Shown here: positions 1 through 8,379 of the stretch, in pieces
How the letters are laid out: the number at the start of each line of letters is the position of its first letter
Numbering within the stretch: position 1 is the first letter of the stretch
Source of the DNA: Clostridia bacterium
GTDB taxonomy: Bacteria; UBA6262; WVXT01
Length of the DNA: 59,271 nucleotides
Reading direction: 5' to 3'
Assembly (NCBI GenBank): GCA_009619095.1
Contig: WJOT01000080.1
Location: 1 to 59,271, forward strand
Notes under the pieces: generated by a model
Told to the model about the DNA's origin: nothing
Databases searched by the model: none
The model's input: the letters and a program-made list of their open reading frames with translations, nothing else
Position numbers and translations under genes: made by a program

Positions 1-1044
1 AAAGTGGAATTGGCTACAGGAAAAATGGGACAGAAGAAGAAGAGAGAGGTTTACCAGAGAATTGTCCGGGGAGAATCTCAGATAATTATCGGCACGCACG
101 CATTAATTGAACAGGGGGTCAAATTTTCCAATTTAGCTCTGGCGGTCATTGACGAACAGCATAAGTTTGGAGTTATGCAGAGGGCGAGGTTGAGGAAGAA
201 GGGGGAAAACCTGGATATCCTGGTAATGACAGCCACGCCAATACCTCGCACACTAACCTTAACAGTTTACGGAGACCTGGACGTTTCTATAATCGATCAA
301 TTACCTCCGGGAAGGAGAAAGATTCTCACCCAGAGGCTTTCTGAGGAAGAAGCTTATCAGATGGTTATTGATGGGGTAAGAAAGGGACAGCAGGCTTACA
401 TTGTCTATCCCATAATTAATGAATCGGATAAGTTGGAATTACGCGCTGCAGTGAAAATGGCAGAGAGACTGATGGCTACTGTGTTTAAAGATTTGAGAGT
501 TGGTCTCCTGCACGGACAGATGAAAAGTGATGAGAAAGAACAGGTGATGATGAAATTTTTGAACAGGGAATTTGATATTTTAATTACTACCACTATAATT
601 GAGGTAGGTATCGATGTGGCCAATGCCTGTTTGATGGTTATTGAGCACAGTGAAAGGTTTGGGTTGGCTACTCTACACCAATTACGGGGGAGGGTGGGGA
701 GAGGCACTGAACAGTCCCTTTGCATTTTACTGGGACAAACTAAGACGGAGGAAGCAAAAAAGAGAACACAGATTATGTTGGAAACTAATGATGGATTTCG
801 CATTGCCGAAGAGGACTTGAGGTTACGCGGTGGCGGGGAATTCTTTGGCACTCAACAGCACGGACTTCCTGAATTTAAAATTGGTAACATTGTTTTTGAC
901 CAGCGTGAATTAGAACTGGCACGCCGGGCAGCCTTTCATCTGATTAGTAGAGACCCTGTTCTGACTCTTCCGGAAAACGGAGTAATTAAACAAAAGTTTA
1001 GAGAGAAATTTAAAGAAAAATTCGGCCTGGCAAGTGTGGGATAA
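1..1044 (+). CDS. recG: ATP-dependent DNA helicase RecG, C-terminal part (5' end lies outside the window)
   Basis: The ORF is open to the window edge. The translation contains the helicase motifs DEQHKFGV, MTATPIPRTL and HQLRGRVGRG. Confidence 0.9.
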   Translation, partial: KVELATGKMGQKKKREVYQRIVRGESQIIIGTHALIEQGVKFSNLALAVIDEQHKFGVMQRARLRKKGENLDILVMTATPIPRTLTLTVYGDLDVSIIDQLPPGRRKILTQRLSEEEAYQMVIDGVRKGQQAYIVYPIINESDKLELRAAVKMAERLMATVFKDLRVGLLHGQMKSDEKEQVMMKFLNREFDILITTTIIEVGIDVANACLMVIEHSERFGLATLHQLRGRVGRGTEQSLCILLGQTKTEEAKKRTQIMLETNDGFRIAEEDLRLRGGGEFFGTQQHGLPEFKIGNIVFDQRELELARRAAFHLISRDPVLTLPENGVIKQKFREKFKEKFGLASVG

Positions 1045-1052
1045 TTAGTTTA

Positions 1053-1185
1053 GCATCCCGATTTTCAATCGGGAAATCTGTGCCTGCAATCGTTTCTTGG
1101 AGTGTCAAGCGAAAGCTTGACGAGGTATCCCGACTCGTCGGGACGTTTTACACTCCGGGGATTTATAGCACGGTTTCCGCCGTGC
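1053..1185. repeat. Cluster of four hairpin-repeat modules in the recG-coaD spacer
   Basis: 1053-1089 is a 37-nt module, gcatcccgattttcaatcgggaaatctgtgcctgcaa, that recurs at 56767 and 56863. 1098-1121 is identical to 54178-54201. The closing helix ggagtgt/acactcc spans 1099-1155. A further hairpin, gcacgg/ccgtgc, lies at 1168-1185. Confidence 0.85.
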
Positions 1186-1209
1186 CAAACATAAAAAAGG
1201 AGTAAAGAA

Positions 1210-1701
1210 ATGAAAAAGAAGGGAATTGCTGTTTATCCAGGGAGTTTTGATCCGGTTACCAATGGACACATCGACGTAATAAAAAGGGCAATTCGGTTAT
1301 TTGACCGGGTAATAGTAGCAGTGATTGAAAATCCCACTAAGAAGACACTATTTTCAGTGGATGAACGAATGGAGATGCTGAGAGCTGTAACCAGAGGACT
1401 CTCCGGAGTGGTGGTCTCCCATTTCGATAGGTTATTAGTCGACTACATGAAGAAGAAGAAAGCAAGCATTATCATCAGGGGACTACGGGCAGTGTCTGAC
1501 TTTGAATACGAGTTTCAAATGGCATTAACCAACCGCAAGTTAGCACCAGACATAGAAACAGTGTTCCTTATGCCGGCAGAGGCGTATACTTATTTGAGTT
1601 CAAGTATAGTCAAAGAAGTAGTTAGACTGAATGGCAGTGTAAAGGGATTCGTTCCTCGACAAATTGAGGCACGCTTGATAAGAAAGCTGTTGACAAAGTG
1701 A
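1210..1701 (+). CDS. coaD: Phosphopantetheine adenylyltransferase
   Basis: 163 aa with the GSFDPVTNGHIDVI nucleotidyltransferase motif. AAGGAG lies upstream of the ATG. Confidence 0.93.
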   Translation: MKKKGIAVYPGSFDPVTNGHIDVIKRAIRLFDRVIVAVIENPTKKTLFSVDERMEMLRAVTRGLSGVVVSHFDRLLVDYMKKKKASIIIRGLRAVSDFEYEFQMALTNRKLAPDIETVFLMPAEAYTYLSSSIVKEVVRLNGSVKGFVPRQIEARLIRKLLTK

Positions 1702-1718
1702 AAACGCCGTGGTATACT
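1690..1718 (+). promoter_or_regulatory. Putative sigma70 promoter for pilB, embedded in the coaD 3' end
   Basis: TTGACA (1690-1695), a 17-nt spacer, then TGgTATACT (extended -10, 1710-1718). This lies 57 nt upstream of the pilB ATG. Confidence 0.55.
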
Positions 1719-1774
1719 AAAAATTGGTCAGTTTACTTTAACTTTTTTTGAATTAGAGAGGATTTACGAGAGTT

Positions 1775-3523
1775 ATGGCTAAGGGTCCGGCAATAAAAAG
1801 GAAATTGGGTGACTTATTAGTAGAAGTAGGGATAATTACCGCCGAACAATTGCAAGAAGCTTTAGAGGAAGGAAAAATCAGGGGAGGCAGGCTGGGCGAG
1901 ACTCTCATGGGATTGGGCTATATTACTGAGGATGTTTTATTAGCTTTCCTGGGTAAACAGTGCGGTGTATCTTACGTTAGCCTATCCGAATATGGAGAGA
2001 TTGACGATGAAGTCATTAAGAGTGTTCCCGAGAGCATTGCCAGGCATCAGACCCTAATTCCCATTGCCCTGGAGGGGAAAACCCTCATCATAGCTATGAG
2101 TGACCCCTTAAATGTTTTTGCCATTGACGATCTGAGACTAATGACCGGGAGAGAAATTAGCGTAGTGATTGCATCAGAAACTGAGATTAAGAATGCTATT
2201 GAGAAGTATTATGGAGCTAAAAGCTCTATGGAAGATATCGTGAAAGAGATGGAACTCTCAGTAAAGGATGAAGGAAATGTAGAGGTAGTGAAAAAGAGTG
2301 ATACCGGGGGAGAAGATATAATTGCTCTGGAGGCAGCTGGAGAAGAGGCGCCAATAATTAAGATTGTTAATCTTCTTTTGGCTGGAGCTGTCAAATCAGG
2401 AGCTTCGGACGTCCATATCGAACCTTATGAGAAGACTCTCAGGGTGCGTTATCGAATCGATGGGGTGTTACATGAAGTCTCTTCCCCGCCTAAAAAATTG
2501 CAGAATGCAGTTGTTTCCCGGTTAAAGATTATGGCTTCACTGGACATTGCTGAACGTCGCTTGCCCCAGGATGGTAGAATTAAGATTAGAGTGGTAAATA
2601 AAGAAATTGACCTGAGGGTTTCTGTTCTACCTACTTCCTTTGGGGAGAAAGTGGTTATGCGTATTCTGGATGCTTCTTCTTTGTGTCTCGATTTGACCAA
2701 GCTGGGATTTGAACCAGATGCTCTTTCCGTTTATAAGAAAAATATCGAAGTGCCTTATGGAATCATCCTGGTTACAGGACCAACTGGTTCTGGTAAATCT
2801 ACCACTCTCTATTCTACTCTAAGCACTCTTAATTATCCTGACCGTAACATCATTACTATAGAAGACCCTGTTGAATATGTCCTGCAAGGTATCAACCAGG
2901 TACAGGCAAAAGCAGACATTGGTTTAACTTTTGCTGCAGGCTTGAGGTCATTTTTGCGTCAGGACCCGGATATAATTATGGTTGGTGAAATCAGAGATAC
3001 TGAGACTGCTGAGATTGCTATTAATGCCGCACTAACAGGACACTTAGTATTTTCAACTCTGCACACCAATGATGCTCCAGGTGCTATGACCCGTTTGAAT
3101 AATATGGGTATTGAACCATTCCTGACCACTTCCACAGTAATTATGGTTGTTGCTCAAAGATTAATTAGAGTAATCTGTAAACATTGTAAAGAGCTCTATG
3201 AGGTCCCCACCGATTTCCTTTCCAGTATTGGAGTTAAAGAGGAAGAGATAAAAAGTAAAAAGAAAGTGACGCTCTATCGAGGCAAGGGATGCGATAACTG
3301 CAGTAACACTGGTTATCGGGGACGGATAGCGTGCTTTGAGGTCATGGAAGTAACTGATGATGTAAAGGAACTTATCTTAAACAGGGAATCGACGCATTTA
3401 ATCAAGTCAAAAGCGAGAGAGAGTGGGATGATAACTTTGCGAGAGGGTGCCATCAGGAAACTTTTGACAGGCGTAACTACAGTTGAAGAGGTAATGAGGG
3501 TTACCTTTGCTGATGTGGAATAA
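1775..3523 (+). CDS. pilB: Type IV pilus assembly ATPase PilB (GspE family) with an N-terminal MshEN-type domain
   Basis: 582 aa. Walker A GPTGSGKST and the tetracysteine CKHC...CDNC are present. Two 24-residue RLGxxLxxxGxIxxxxLxxxLxxQ-like motifs sit at the N-terminus. Confidence 0.92.
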   Translation: MAKGPAIKRKLGDLLVEVGIITAEQLQEALEEGKIRGGRLGETLMGLGYITEDVLLAFLGKQCGVSYVSLSEYGEIDDEVIKSVPESIARHQTLIPIALEGKTLIIAMSDPLNVFAIDDLRLMTGREISVVIASETEIKNAIEKYYGAKSSMEDIVKEMELSVKDEGNVEVVKKSDTGGEDIIALEAAGEEAPIIKIVNLLLAGAVKSGASDVHIEPYEKTLRVRYRIDGVLHEVSSPPKKLQNAVVSRLKIMASLDIAERRLPQDGRIKIRVVNKEIDLRVSVLPTSFGEKVVMRILDASSLCLDLTKLGFEPDALSVYKKNIEVPYGIILVTGPTGSGKSTTLYSTLSTLNYPDRNIITIEDPVEYVLQGINQVQAKADIGLTFAAGLRSFLRQDPDIIMVGEIRDTETAEIAINAALTGHLVFSTLHTNDAPGAMTRLNNMGIEPFLTTSTVIMVVAQRLIRVICKHCKELYEVPTDFLSSIGVKEEEIKSKKKVTLYRGKGCDNCSNTGYRGRIACFEVMEVTDDVKELILNRESTHLIKSKARESGMITLREGAIRKLLTGVTTVEEVMRVTFADVE

Positions 3524-3526
3524 CAC

Positions 3527-3606
3527 GGCACTGTAAACAGTGCCCAACCAAGTTAGGTCGGTCGCCTTTTCCCGATCCCGTCCCGGTATCGGGACGGGGC
3601 AGGGTG
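3527..3606. repeat. Hairpin repeat pair in the pilB-pilT spacer
   Basis: ggcactgtaaacagtgcc (3527-3544) is a perfect hairpin. 3556-3606, ggtcggtcgcc...cccgtcccggtatcgggacggggcagggtg, also occurs at 6141-6191 and inverted at 38577-38632. Confidence 0.85.
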
Positions 3607-3624
3607 CCGATAAAGGAGTAATTA

Positions 3625-4725
3625 ATGGTATCTATTGATGAATTACTTCAATTAATGATGGAGAAGGGAGCATCTGATTTACACTTAACAGTAGATGTTC
3701 CACCTACTTTGAGGATTGACGGAGAACTTGTCCCCACAGAATATGAGAAGCTTCAGGAAGACCAATGTCAAAGATTAGTCTATAGCCTCCTAACCGATAA
3801 ACAGAAAGAGAGATTTGAATCTACAAACGAGCTTGACTTGTCCTTTGGAATCAAAAACGTAGGACGTGTTCGAATGAACGTGTTCAGGCAACGAGGGGTA
3901 GTGGCAGCATCTCTGAGAGCAATACCCAACTATTTTATGACTTTCGAGGAACTGGGACTGCCGTCAGCAGTTTTTGATGTGGTTAAATTGCCTGTCGGCC
4001 TGGTGTTAGTAACCGGTCCCACTGGCTGTGGTAAGACGACAACCCTTGCGTCAATGATAAATTACATTAATGAGCATCGCAGTGGACACATTGTTACAGT
4101 TGAGGACCCCATCGAGTACGTTCATCCCCACAAGAATTGTATAGTTAGCCAGAGAGAGATAGGTAGTGATACTTCCTCCTTTGGCCTGGCGCTAAAGCAT
4201 GTATTTCGTCAAGACCCAAATTTCATCCTGGTCGGCGAAATGCGCGACCTGGAAACTATCGCTTCTACGCTAACAATCGCTGAGACAGGCCATCTGGTAT
4301 TTGCCACTCTGCACACAACAGATGCCACCCAATCAATTAATAGAATCATAGATGTTTTTCCCCCATACCAGCAACCGCAAATTCGTTCTCAGTTATCGTT
4401 TGTCTTGCAAGCGGTTTTCTGTCAGAGATTACTTCCCAGGGCAAGTGGCAAAGGGAGATGTCTGGCAGTGGAAGTTTTAAGGGTTACTCCGGGTATCAGG
4501 AATATGATCAGGGAAGAGAAGACGGAGCAGATTCCTTCAGCTATGCAGGCAGGAGGAAAATTTGGAATGCAGACAATGAACTGGAGCCTCTATGACCTTT
4601 ACACGCGTAGACAAATTACTTATGCCCAGGCATTGGCAGAGAGCCCGGATATGGAGGATTTAAAGAGAATCTGCAAGAAGGAAGAGGGTGTAGTGGCGGG
4701 GATGAAAAATAAAGGGTTGAGGTGA
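3625..4725 (+). CDS. pilT: Type IV pilus retraction ATPase PilT
   Basis: 366 aa. Walker A GPTGCGKTT and the PilT-type GIRNMIREEK motif are present. Confidence 0.92.
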   Translation: MVSIDELLQLMMEKGASDLHLTVDVPPTLRIDGELVPTEYEKLQEDQCQRLVYSLLTDKQKERFESTNELDLSFGIKNVGRVRMNVFRQRGVVAASLRAIPNYFMTFEELGLPSAVFDVVKLPVGLVLVTGPTGCGKTTTLASMINYINEHRSGHIVTVEDPIEYVHPHKNCIVSQREIGSDTSSFGLALKHVFRQDPNFILVGEMRDLETIASTLTIAETGHLVFATLHTTDATQSINRIIDVFPPYQQPQIRSQLSFVLQAVFCQRLLPRASGKGRCLAVEVLRVTPGIRNMIREEKTEQIPSAMQAGGKFGMQTMNWSLYDLYTRRQITYAQALAESPDMEDLKRICKKEEGVVAGMKNKGLR

Positions 4726-4732
4726 GTAAGAA

Positions 4733-5956
4733 ATGGCACTATTCGGTTATAAAGTCAGGAGCCCACAGGGAAATATTTTGACCGGAACAATAGAAGCGAG
4801 AGAACAAAGGATGGTTATCGATCGCCTCAGACACCAGAGGTTTATCGTTTTGGAAATCGGAGAAATTAAGAAGAGTGCTTCCAAAGACCTTCTGGATAGT
4901 ATAAACTTCTTGAAAAAAAGAGTAAAACAAAAAGACCTCGTTCTATTTAGCCGGCAGCTATCTACACTGATTGGAGCTGGTGTGCCCATAGTTCAGGGTT
5001 TAACAATCCTTGTGGAACAGATAGAAAATCCGGCTTTTAAAAAAGTTATCACCAGTGTGCGGGAGGACATTGAATCAGGAACATCGATTACTGAAGCTCT
5101 CAGCCGGCACCCTACAGTGTTCAGTGAGTTGTATGTGAATATGGTAAAGGCTGGAGAACTTGGTGGTATCTTGGATATTATTCTGGAGAGGCTCTCAGCC
5201 TACCAGGAATCTGCCGCTGCATTGCGAGGTAAGATTAGGGCAGCAATGATTTATCCGGCAGTGATTGCTCTTGTTGCCGGCGGCGTTACTACATTCTTGA
5301 TGGTAGTGGTTGTTCCTATGTTTGTCAAAATATTTCAACAGGTTGGTGCTGAGTTGCCACTTCCTACCCAGATACTGCTTATGTTAAGTAATTTTCTCAA
5401 ACGTTATATTATCTTTTTAATCATTGGTCTTATTGCTTTTGTTGTGGGTCTAAGACAATACTATAAAACAGAGGCAGGGAGTATGTATATAGATACGTTG
5501 TTGCTCAGGCTTCCCCTTTTCGGTTCACTGTTAAGAAAGGTAGCTGTAGCTAAGTTTACCAGGACTTTCGGGACGCTGGTTAAGAGTGGCGTGCCCATAC
5601 TTCAGGCCCTGGAGACTGTGGCCAAGACTTCAGGAAATAGAGTTGTTGAAAAGGCTGTTCTGGCAGCGAAGGATGCTATTCGGGAAGGAGAGAGAATATC
5701 CGACCCCTTAAAAGCAAGCGGTGTCTTTCCGCCAATGGTAACCCAGATGATTTCAGTGGGCGAGGAGACAGGGAACCTGGATGCAATGTTATCGAAGATT
5801 GCCGAGTTTTATGAGCAGGAAGTGGATGCTGCTGTTTCCGGTCTAACTTCCTTGATTGAGCCAGTAGTTGTTGTGTTTATGGGTGTTATCATTGGCGCTA
5901 TTGCCGTTGCTATGTATATGCCTATGTTCCAGATGGGTGCGATAGTTGGTAGGTAA
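4733..5956 (+). CDS. pilC: Type IV pilus platform protein PilC (GspF family)
   Basis: 407 aa with duplicated T2SSF-type halves, each followed by TM segments. It sits immediately after pilT. Confidence 0.9.
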   Translation: MALFGYKVRSPQGNILTGTIEAREQRMVIDRLRHQRFIVLEIGEIKKSASKDLLDSINFLKKRVKQKDLVLFSRQLSTLIGAGVPIVQGLTILVEQIENPAFKKVITSVREDIESGTSITEALSRHPTVFSELYVNMVKAGELGGILDIILERLSAYQESAAALRGKIRAAMIYPAVIALVAGGVTTFLMVVVVPMFVKIFQQVGAELPLPTQILLMLSNFLKRYIIFLIIGLIAFVVGLRQYYKTEAGSMYIDTLLLRLPLFGSLLRKVAVAKFTRTFGTLVKSGVPILQALETVAKTSGNRVVEKAVLAAKDAIREGERISDPLKASGVFPPMVTQMISVGEETGNLDAMLSKIAEFYEQEVDAAVSGLTSLIEPVVVVFMGVIIGAIAVAMYMPMFQMGAIVGR

Positions 5957-5982
5957 AACAGTTCATATACAAGGGAAAGGTC

Positions 5983-6005
5983 TGGACTCCTCCCGAAAGG
6001 GAGGG
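5983..6005 (+). repeat. GAAA-tetraloop hairpin module (family F) after pilC; possible weak terminator
   Basis: tggactcctcccgaaagggaggg followed by tttaaaag. Related copies occur at 16033, 19436 and 54154. Confidence 0.6.
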
Positions 6006-6060
6006 TTTAAAAGTCTAAAAACCTAAGAGATTAAGAGACTAAAAGTTTTTTACAAACTGG

Positions 6061-6089
6061 TTGACAGATGGGGAAAATTGTGGTAACAT
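6061..6089 (+). promoter_or_regulatory. Putative sigma70 promoter of the pilin gene
   Basis: TTGACA (6061-6066), a 17-nt spacer, then TGgTAACAT (6081-6089). This would give a leader of about 120 nt before the GTG at 6212. Confidence 0.55.
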
Positions 6090-6106
6090 TATGTATTAGC
6101 GAATAA

Positions 6107-6191
6107 GGCACTCTAAAGAGTGCCCCCGATACTTATCGGGGTCGCCCTTTCCCGATCCCGTCCCGGTATCGGGACGGGGCAGAGTGACGAA
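6107..6191. repeat. Three consecutive hairpin-repeat modules inside the pilin 5' leader
   Basis: ggcactctaaagagtgcc (6107-6124), ccccgatacttatcgggg (6124-6141), and gtcgccctttcccgatcccgtcccggtatcgggacggggcagagtgacgaa (6141-6191). Confidence 0.85.
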
Positions 6192-6211
6192 AAAAAAGGA
6201 GGTGATAAAGA

Positions 6212-6634
6212 GTGTTGAGATTTCATAGGAAGAGCAAAGGTTTTACCTTGATTGAGTTGATGATTGTGGTGGCAATTATTGGTATCCTGGCAGCAATCGC
6301 CATCCCCAGATTTGCTAACCTGATTGACAGAGCCAGGGAGGCGAGGACCCAGGGTAACCTTGGTGCTCTCAGGTCAGCAGCGGCTATTCATTACGGTGCT
6401 ACTGATGGGACATGGCCAACTGCATTACTTGCCAGCTTGACTCCAACTTACATAGACGTCATTCCCGACGTAGTGCTTCCTGCTGCCATGGGCCATGCGG
6501 AGGCGAATACGGTGGTAGCTCTTGCTGGCGATGATGGGTTGTGGTTCTATGATGTTGCTGCTGCTATTGGAGGAGTGATCAACGTTAATTGCAACCACGC
6601 CGATTCCGGAGGAGACATAGTCAATACCTGGTAA
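6212..6634 (+). CDS. pilA: Type IV pilin (major pilin candidate)
   Basis: GTG start 10 nt after AAGGAGG. Class III signal MLRFHRKSKG/FTLIELMIVVAIIGILAAIAIP. 140 aa with an Ala/Thr/Gly-rich C-terminal half. Confidence 0.85.
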   Translation: MLRFHRKSKGFTLIELMIVVAIIGILAAIAIPRFANLIDRAREARTQGNLGALRSAAAIHYGATDGTWPTALLASLTPTYIDVIPDVVLPAAMGHAEANTVVALAGDDGLWFYDVAAAIGGVINVNCNHADSGGDIVNTW

Positions 6635-6648
6635 TCCTTTGCACTGTA

Positions 6649-6730
6649 TAGGTTGATGTGTCAATTAAGGAAATTAAGCAAATTGGCATGATAATTGGTA
6701 AGTAATTAATTGGCCATCAACCTATTTTTT
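6649..6730 (+). terminator. Putative pilin terminator: 10-bp stem with a large internal loop, followed by T6
   Basis: taggttgatg (6649-6658) pairs with catcaaccta (6715-6724), followed by tttttt (6725-6730). Confidence 0.5.
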
Positions 6731-6738
6731 ATTATCTA

Positions 6739-7470
6739 ATGGTGGCAATAAGAACAGAAAATCTGACAAAAATCTATATAAGAAAACACCTCTTCAGCTC
6801 AAAGAAAACAAGCGCCTTAGAGAATCTAAATCTTGAAATCGAAGACAGAAAGGTTTTCGGGCTTTTAGGACTGAACGGTTCAGGAAAGACAACCTTACTT
6901 AAGCTTCTGGTAGGCTTGCTCTTTCCCACAAAAGGTTCTGTCTATATTTTTGAGCAGAAATTCCCCCACCTATCTCTACTCTCCAGAATCGGTTATCTCC
7001 CCGAATTTCCCTGTTTCCTTATGTATCTTACGGCAAGTGAGCTCCTCCATTTTTATGGTAAGCTTTATGGCCTTTCTACAAAAGAAAGAGAACAGAGGGT
7101 AGAGGCGACATTAGATTTGGTAGACCTTAAAGATAACAGGAACGACCGTTTGGCAGACTTCTCTAAAGGAATGCTGGAGAGAATAGGTATGGCTCAGGTT
7201 CTTCTCCACGACCCGGAACTTTTGCTACTGGATGAGCCCACTTCTGGACTCGACCCCCTGGGAATTAAGAAAATGCGCCAGACGATTCTGAGGCTAAAAG
7301 AGGAAGGGAAGACAATACTTTTGAGCTCACATTTCGTTACCGAGGTGGAAAGAGTCTGTGACCAGGTAGGAATTCTACATAAGGGAAAATTAAAAAAAAT
7401 AATTAAGATGAGAGGACTGGAAAGTAGCCTGGAGGACCTTTTTACAGAGACTGTCTCCGAGGCTGTATAA
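6739..7470 (+). CDS. ABC transporter ATP-binding protein (position equivalent to Myxococcus PilH)
   Basis: Walker A GLNGSGKTT and Walker B LLLLDEPTSGLD. 243 aa. Confidence 0.88.
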   Translation: MVAIRTENLTKIYIRKHLFSSKKTSALENLNLEIEDRKVFGLLGLNGSGKTTLLKLLVGLLFPTKGSVYIFEQKFPHLSLLSRIGYLPEFPCFLMYLTASELLHFYGKLYGLSTKEREQRVEATLDLVDLKDNRNDRLADFSKGMLERIGMAQVLLHDPELLLLDEPTSGLDPLGIKKMRQTILRLKEEGKTILLSSHFVTEVERVCDQVGILHKGKLKKIIKMRGLESSLEDLFTETVSEAV

Positions 7471-8243
7471 TGAAGAAGATATTTGCAATTGCAGAATATA
7501 CGATTAAAGAGAACATCAGGCATAAGGTTTTCTATACTATTCTTCTATTTGCCCTGGTGATTATAATAAGCTCTGTCCTTTTCTCTATGCTTTCAGGAGA
7601 AGAAGAGACCAGGGTGATTTTAGATATTGGACTGGGTGCAATTGAAATATTCGCTTTCCTCAGTGCCATTTTCGCCGCAGTTGGTCTGGTGTTGGGAGAG
7701 ATGGAAAATAAGAGCATCTCTCTCATTCTGACAAGACCGGTGAGGCGCTTCGAATATATTTGGGGGCGCTATTCTGGCATTCTTTCTATCTCCTTGTTCA
7801 ATATTCTATTAATGTCCTCTGGGCTCCTGTTTCTTCTATTCGTTAAGGGCTGGAGTTTCGACTTCAGGTTCTTACTGGCAGTAACTTTTATTTTCCTTAA
7901 AGTGGTAATTATAAGTGCCTTGGCAATTCTTATCTCTCTGATTTCCACTTCCCCAATTTCCAGCATCTCTGTGACTTTCTTCTTATGGGTTCTGGGTCAT
8001 GTTACTGACCATTTGAAATATCTAAATCACGTATTGCTGGAAGAAGGAGTTAAAATCACAATATTCCTAAAAGCAATCTACTATCTTTTGCCCAATTTTC
8101 AATACTTAAATATTAAAGATTACATAGGTTACCCGAATCCCTTAGTGGGAACTACTATTTTCTGGCAGGTAGCCTATAGTTTAGCTTATGCCAGCGTAGC
8201 CACCTGGCTTTCAGTTCTCGTCTTCTCCCGAAAAGAATTCTGA
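7470..8243 (+). CDS. ABC-2 type permease (position equivalent to Myxococcus PilI)
   Basis: 257 aa with about six hydrophobic segments. The ATGA overlap with the ATPase gene suggests translational coupling. Confidence 0.75.
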   Translation: MKKIFAIAEYTIKENIRHKVFYTILLFALVIIISSVLFSMLSGEEETRVILDIGLGAIEIFAFLSAIFAAVGLVLGEMENKSISLILTRPVRRFEYIWGRYSGILSISLFNILLMSSGLLFLLFVKGWSFDFRFLLAVTFIFLKVVIISALAILISLISTSPISSISVTFFLWVLGHVTDHLKYLNHVLLEEGVKITIFLKAIYYLLPNFQYLNIKDYIGYPNPLVGTTIFWQVAYSLAYASVATWLSVLVFSRKEF

Positions 8244-8258
8244 TAACGGGTAGTGATT

Positions 8259-8366
8259 GGTCGGGCACCGTTTACGGTGCCATCTGGCCGGGCGCTTTTC
8301 AGAGTGCCATCTGGTCGGGCGCTCTTCAGAGTGCCAATTTTTCGTCACCCTAAAGGGTGACCGACC
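8259..8366 (+). repeat. 3 x 27-bp tandem array of the GGTCGGGC..GAGTGCC hairpin module plus a terminal gtcaccc/gggtgac hairpin
   Basis: Units start at 8259, 8286 and 8313 (23-nt core plus an atct linker). ttcgtcaccctaaagggtgaccgacc follows at 8341-8366. Confidence 0.9.
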
Positions 8367-8379
8367 TGAAGAGAAAAAA

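Noticed and set aside
6107-6124. GGCAC in the palindromes upstream of pilA, pilT and the TPR-pilD unit, considered as the -24 element of a sigma54 promoter. pilA is sigma54-dependent in several species.
   Set aside because: No TTGC(A/T) -12 element lies at the required spacing (GGCAC-N5-TTGC). The motif is explained by the GGCAC-N8-GTGCC hairpin. A good sigma70 promoter lies just upstream, and no pilR-type activator gene is in the cluster.
8257-8379. N-terminal extensions of tracked ORFs that run through repeat elements. These are at 8257, 38548, 42045, 48483, 56861 and 57637.
   Set aside because: The extensions translate the hairpin repeats (for example GHRLRCHLAGRFSECHLVGRSSEC). An internal ATG with a GGAGG-type ribosome binding site and a proper signal or N-terminal motif follows each repeat. 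I used the internal starts.
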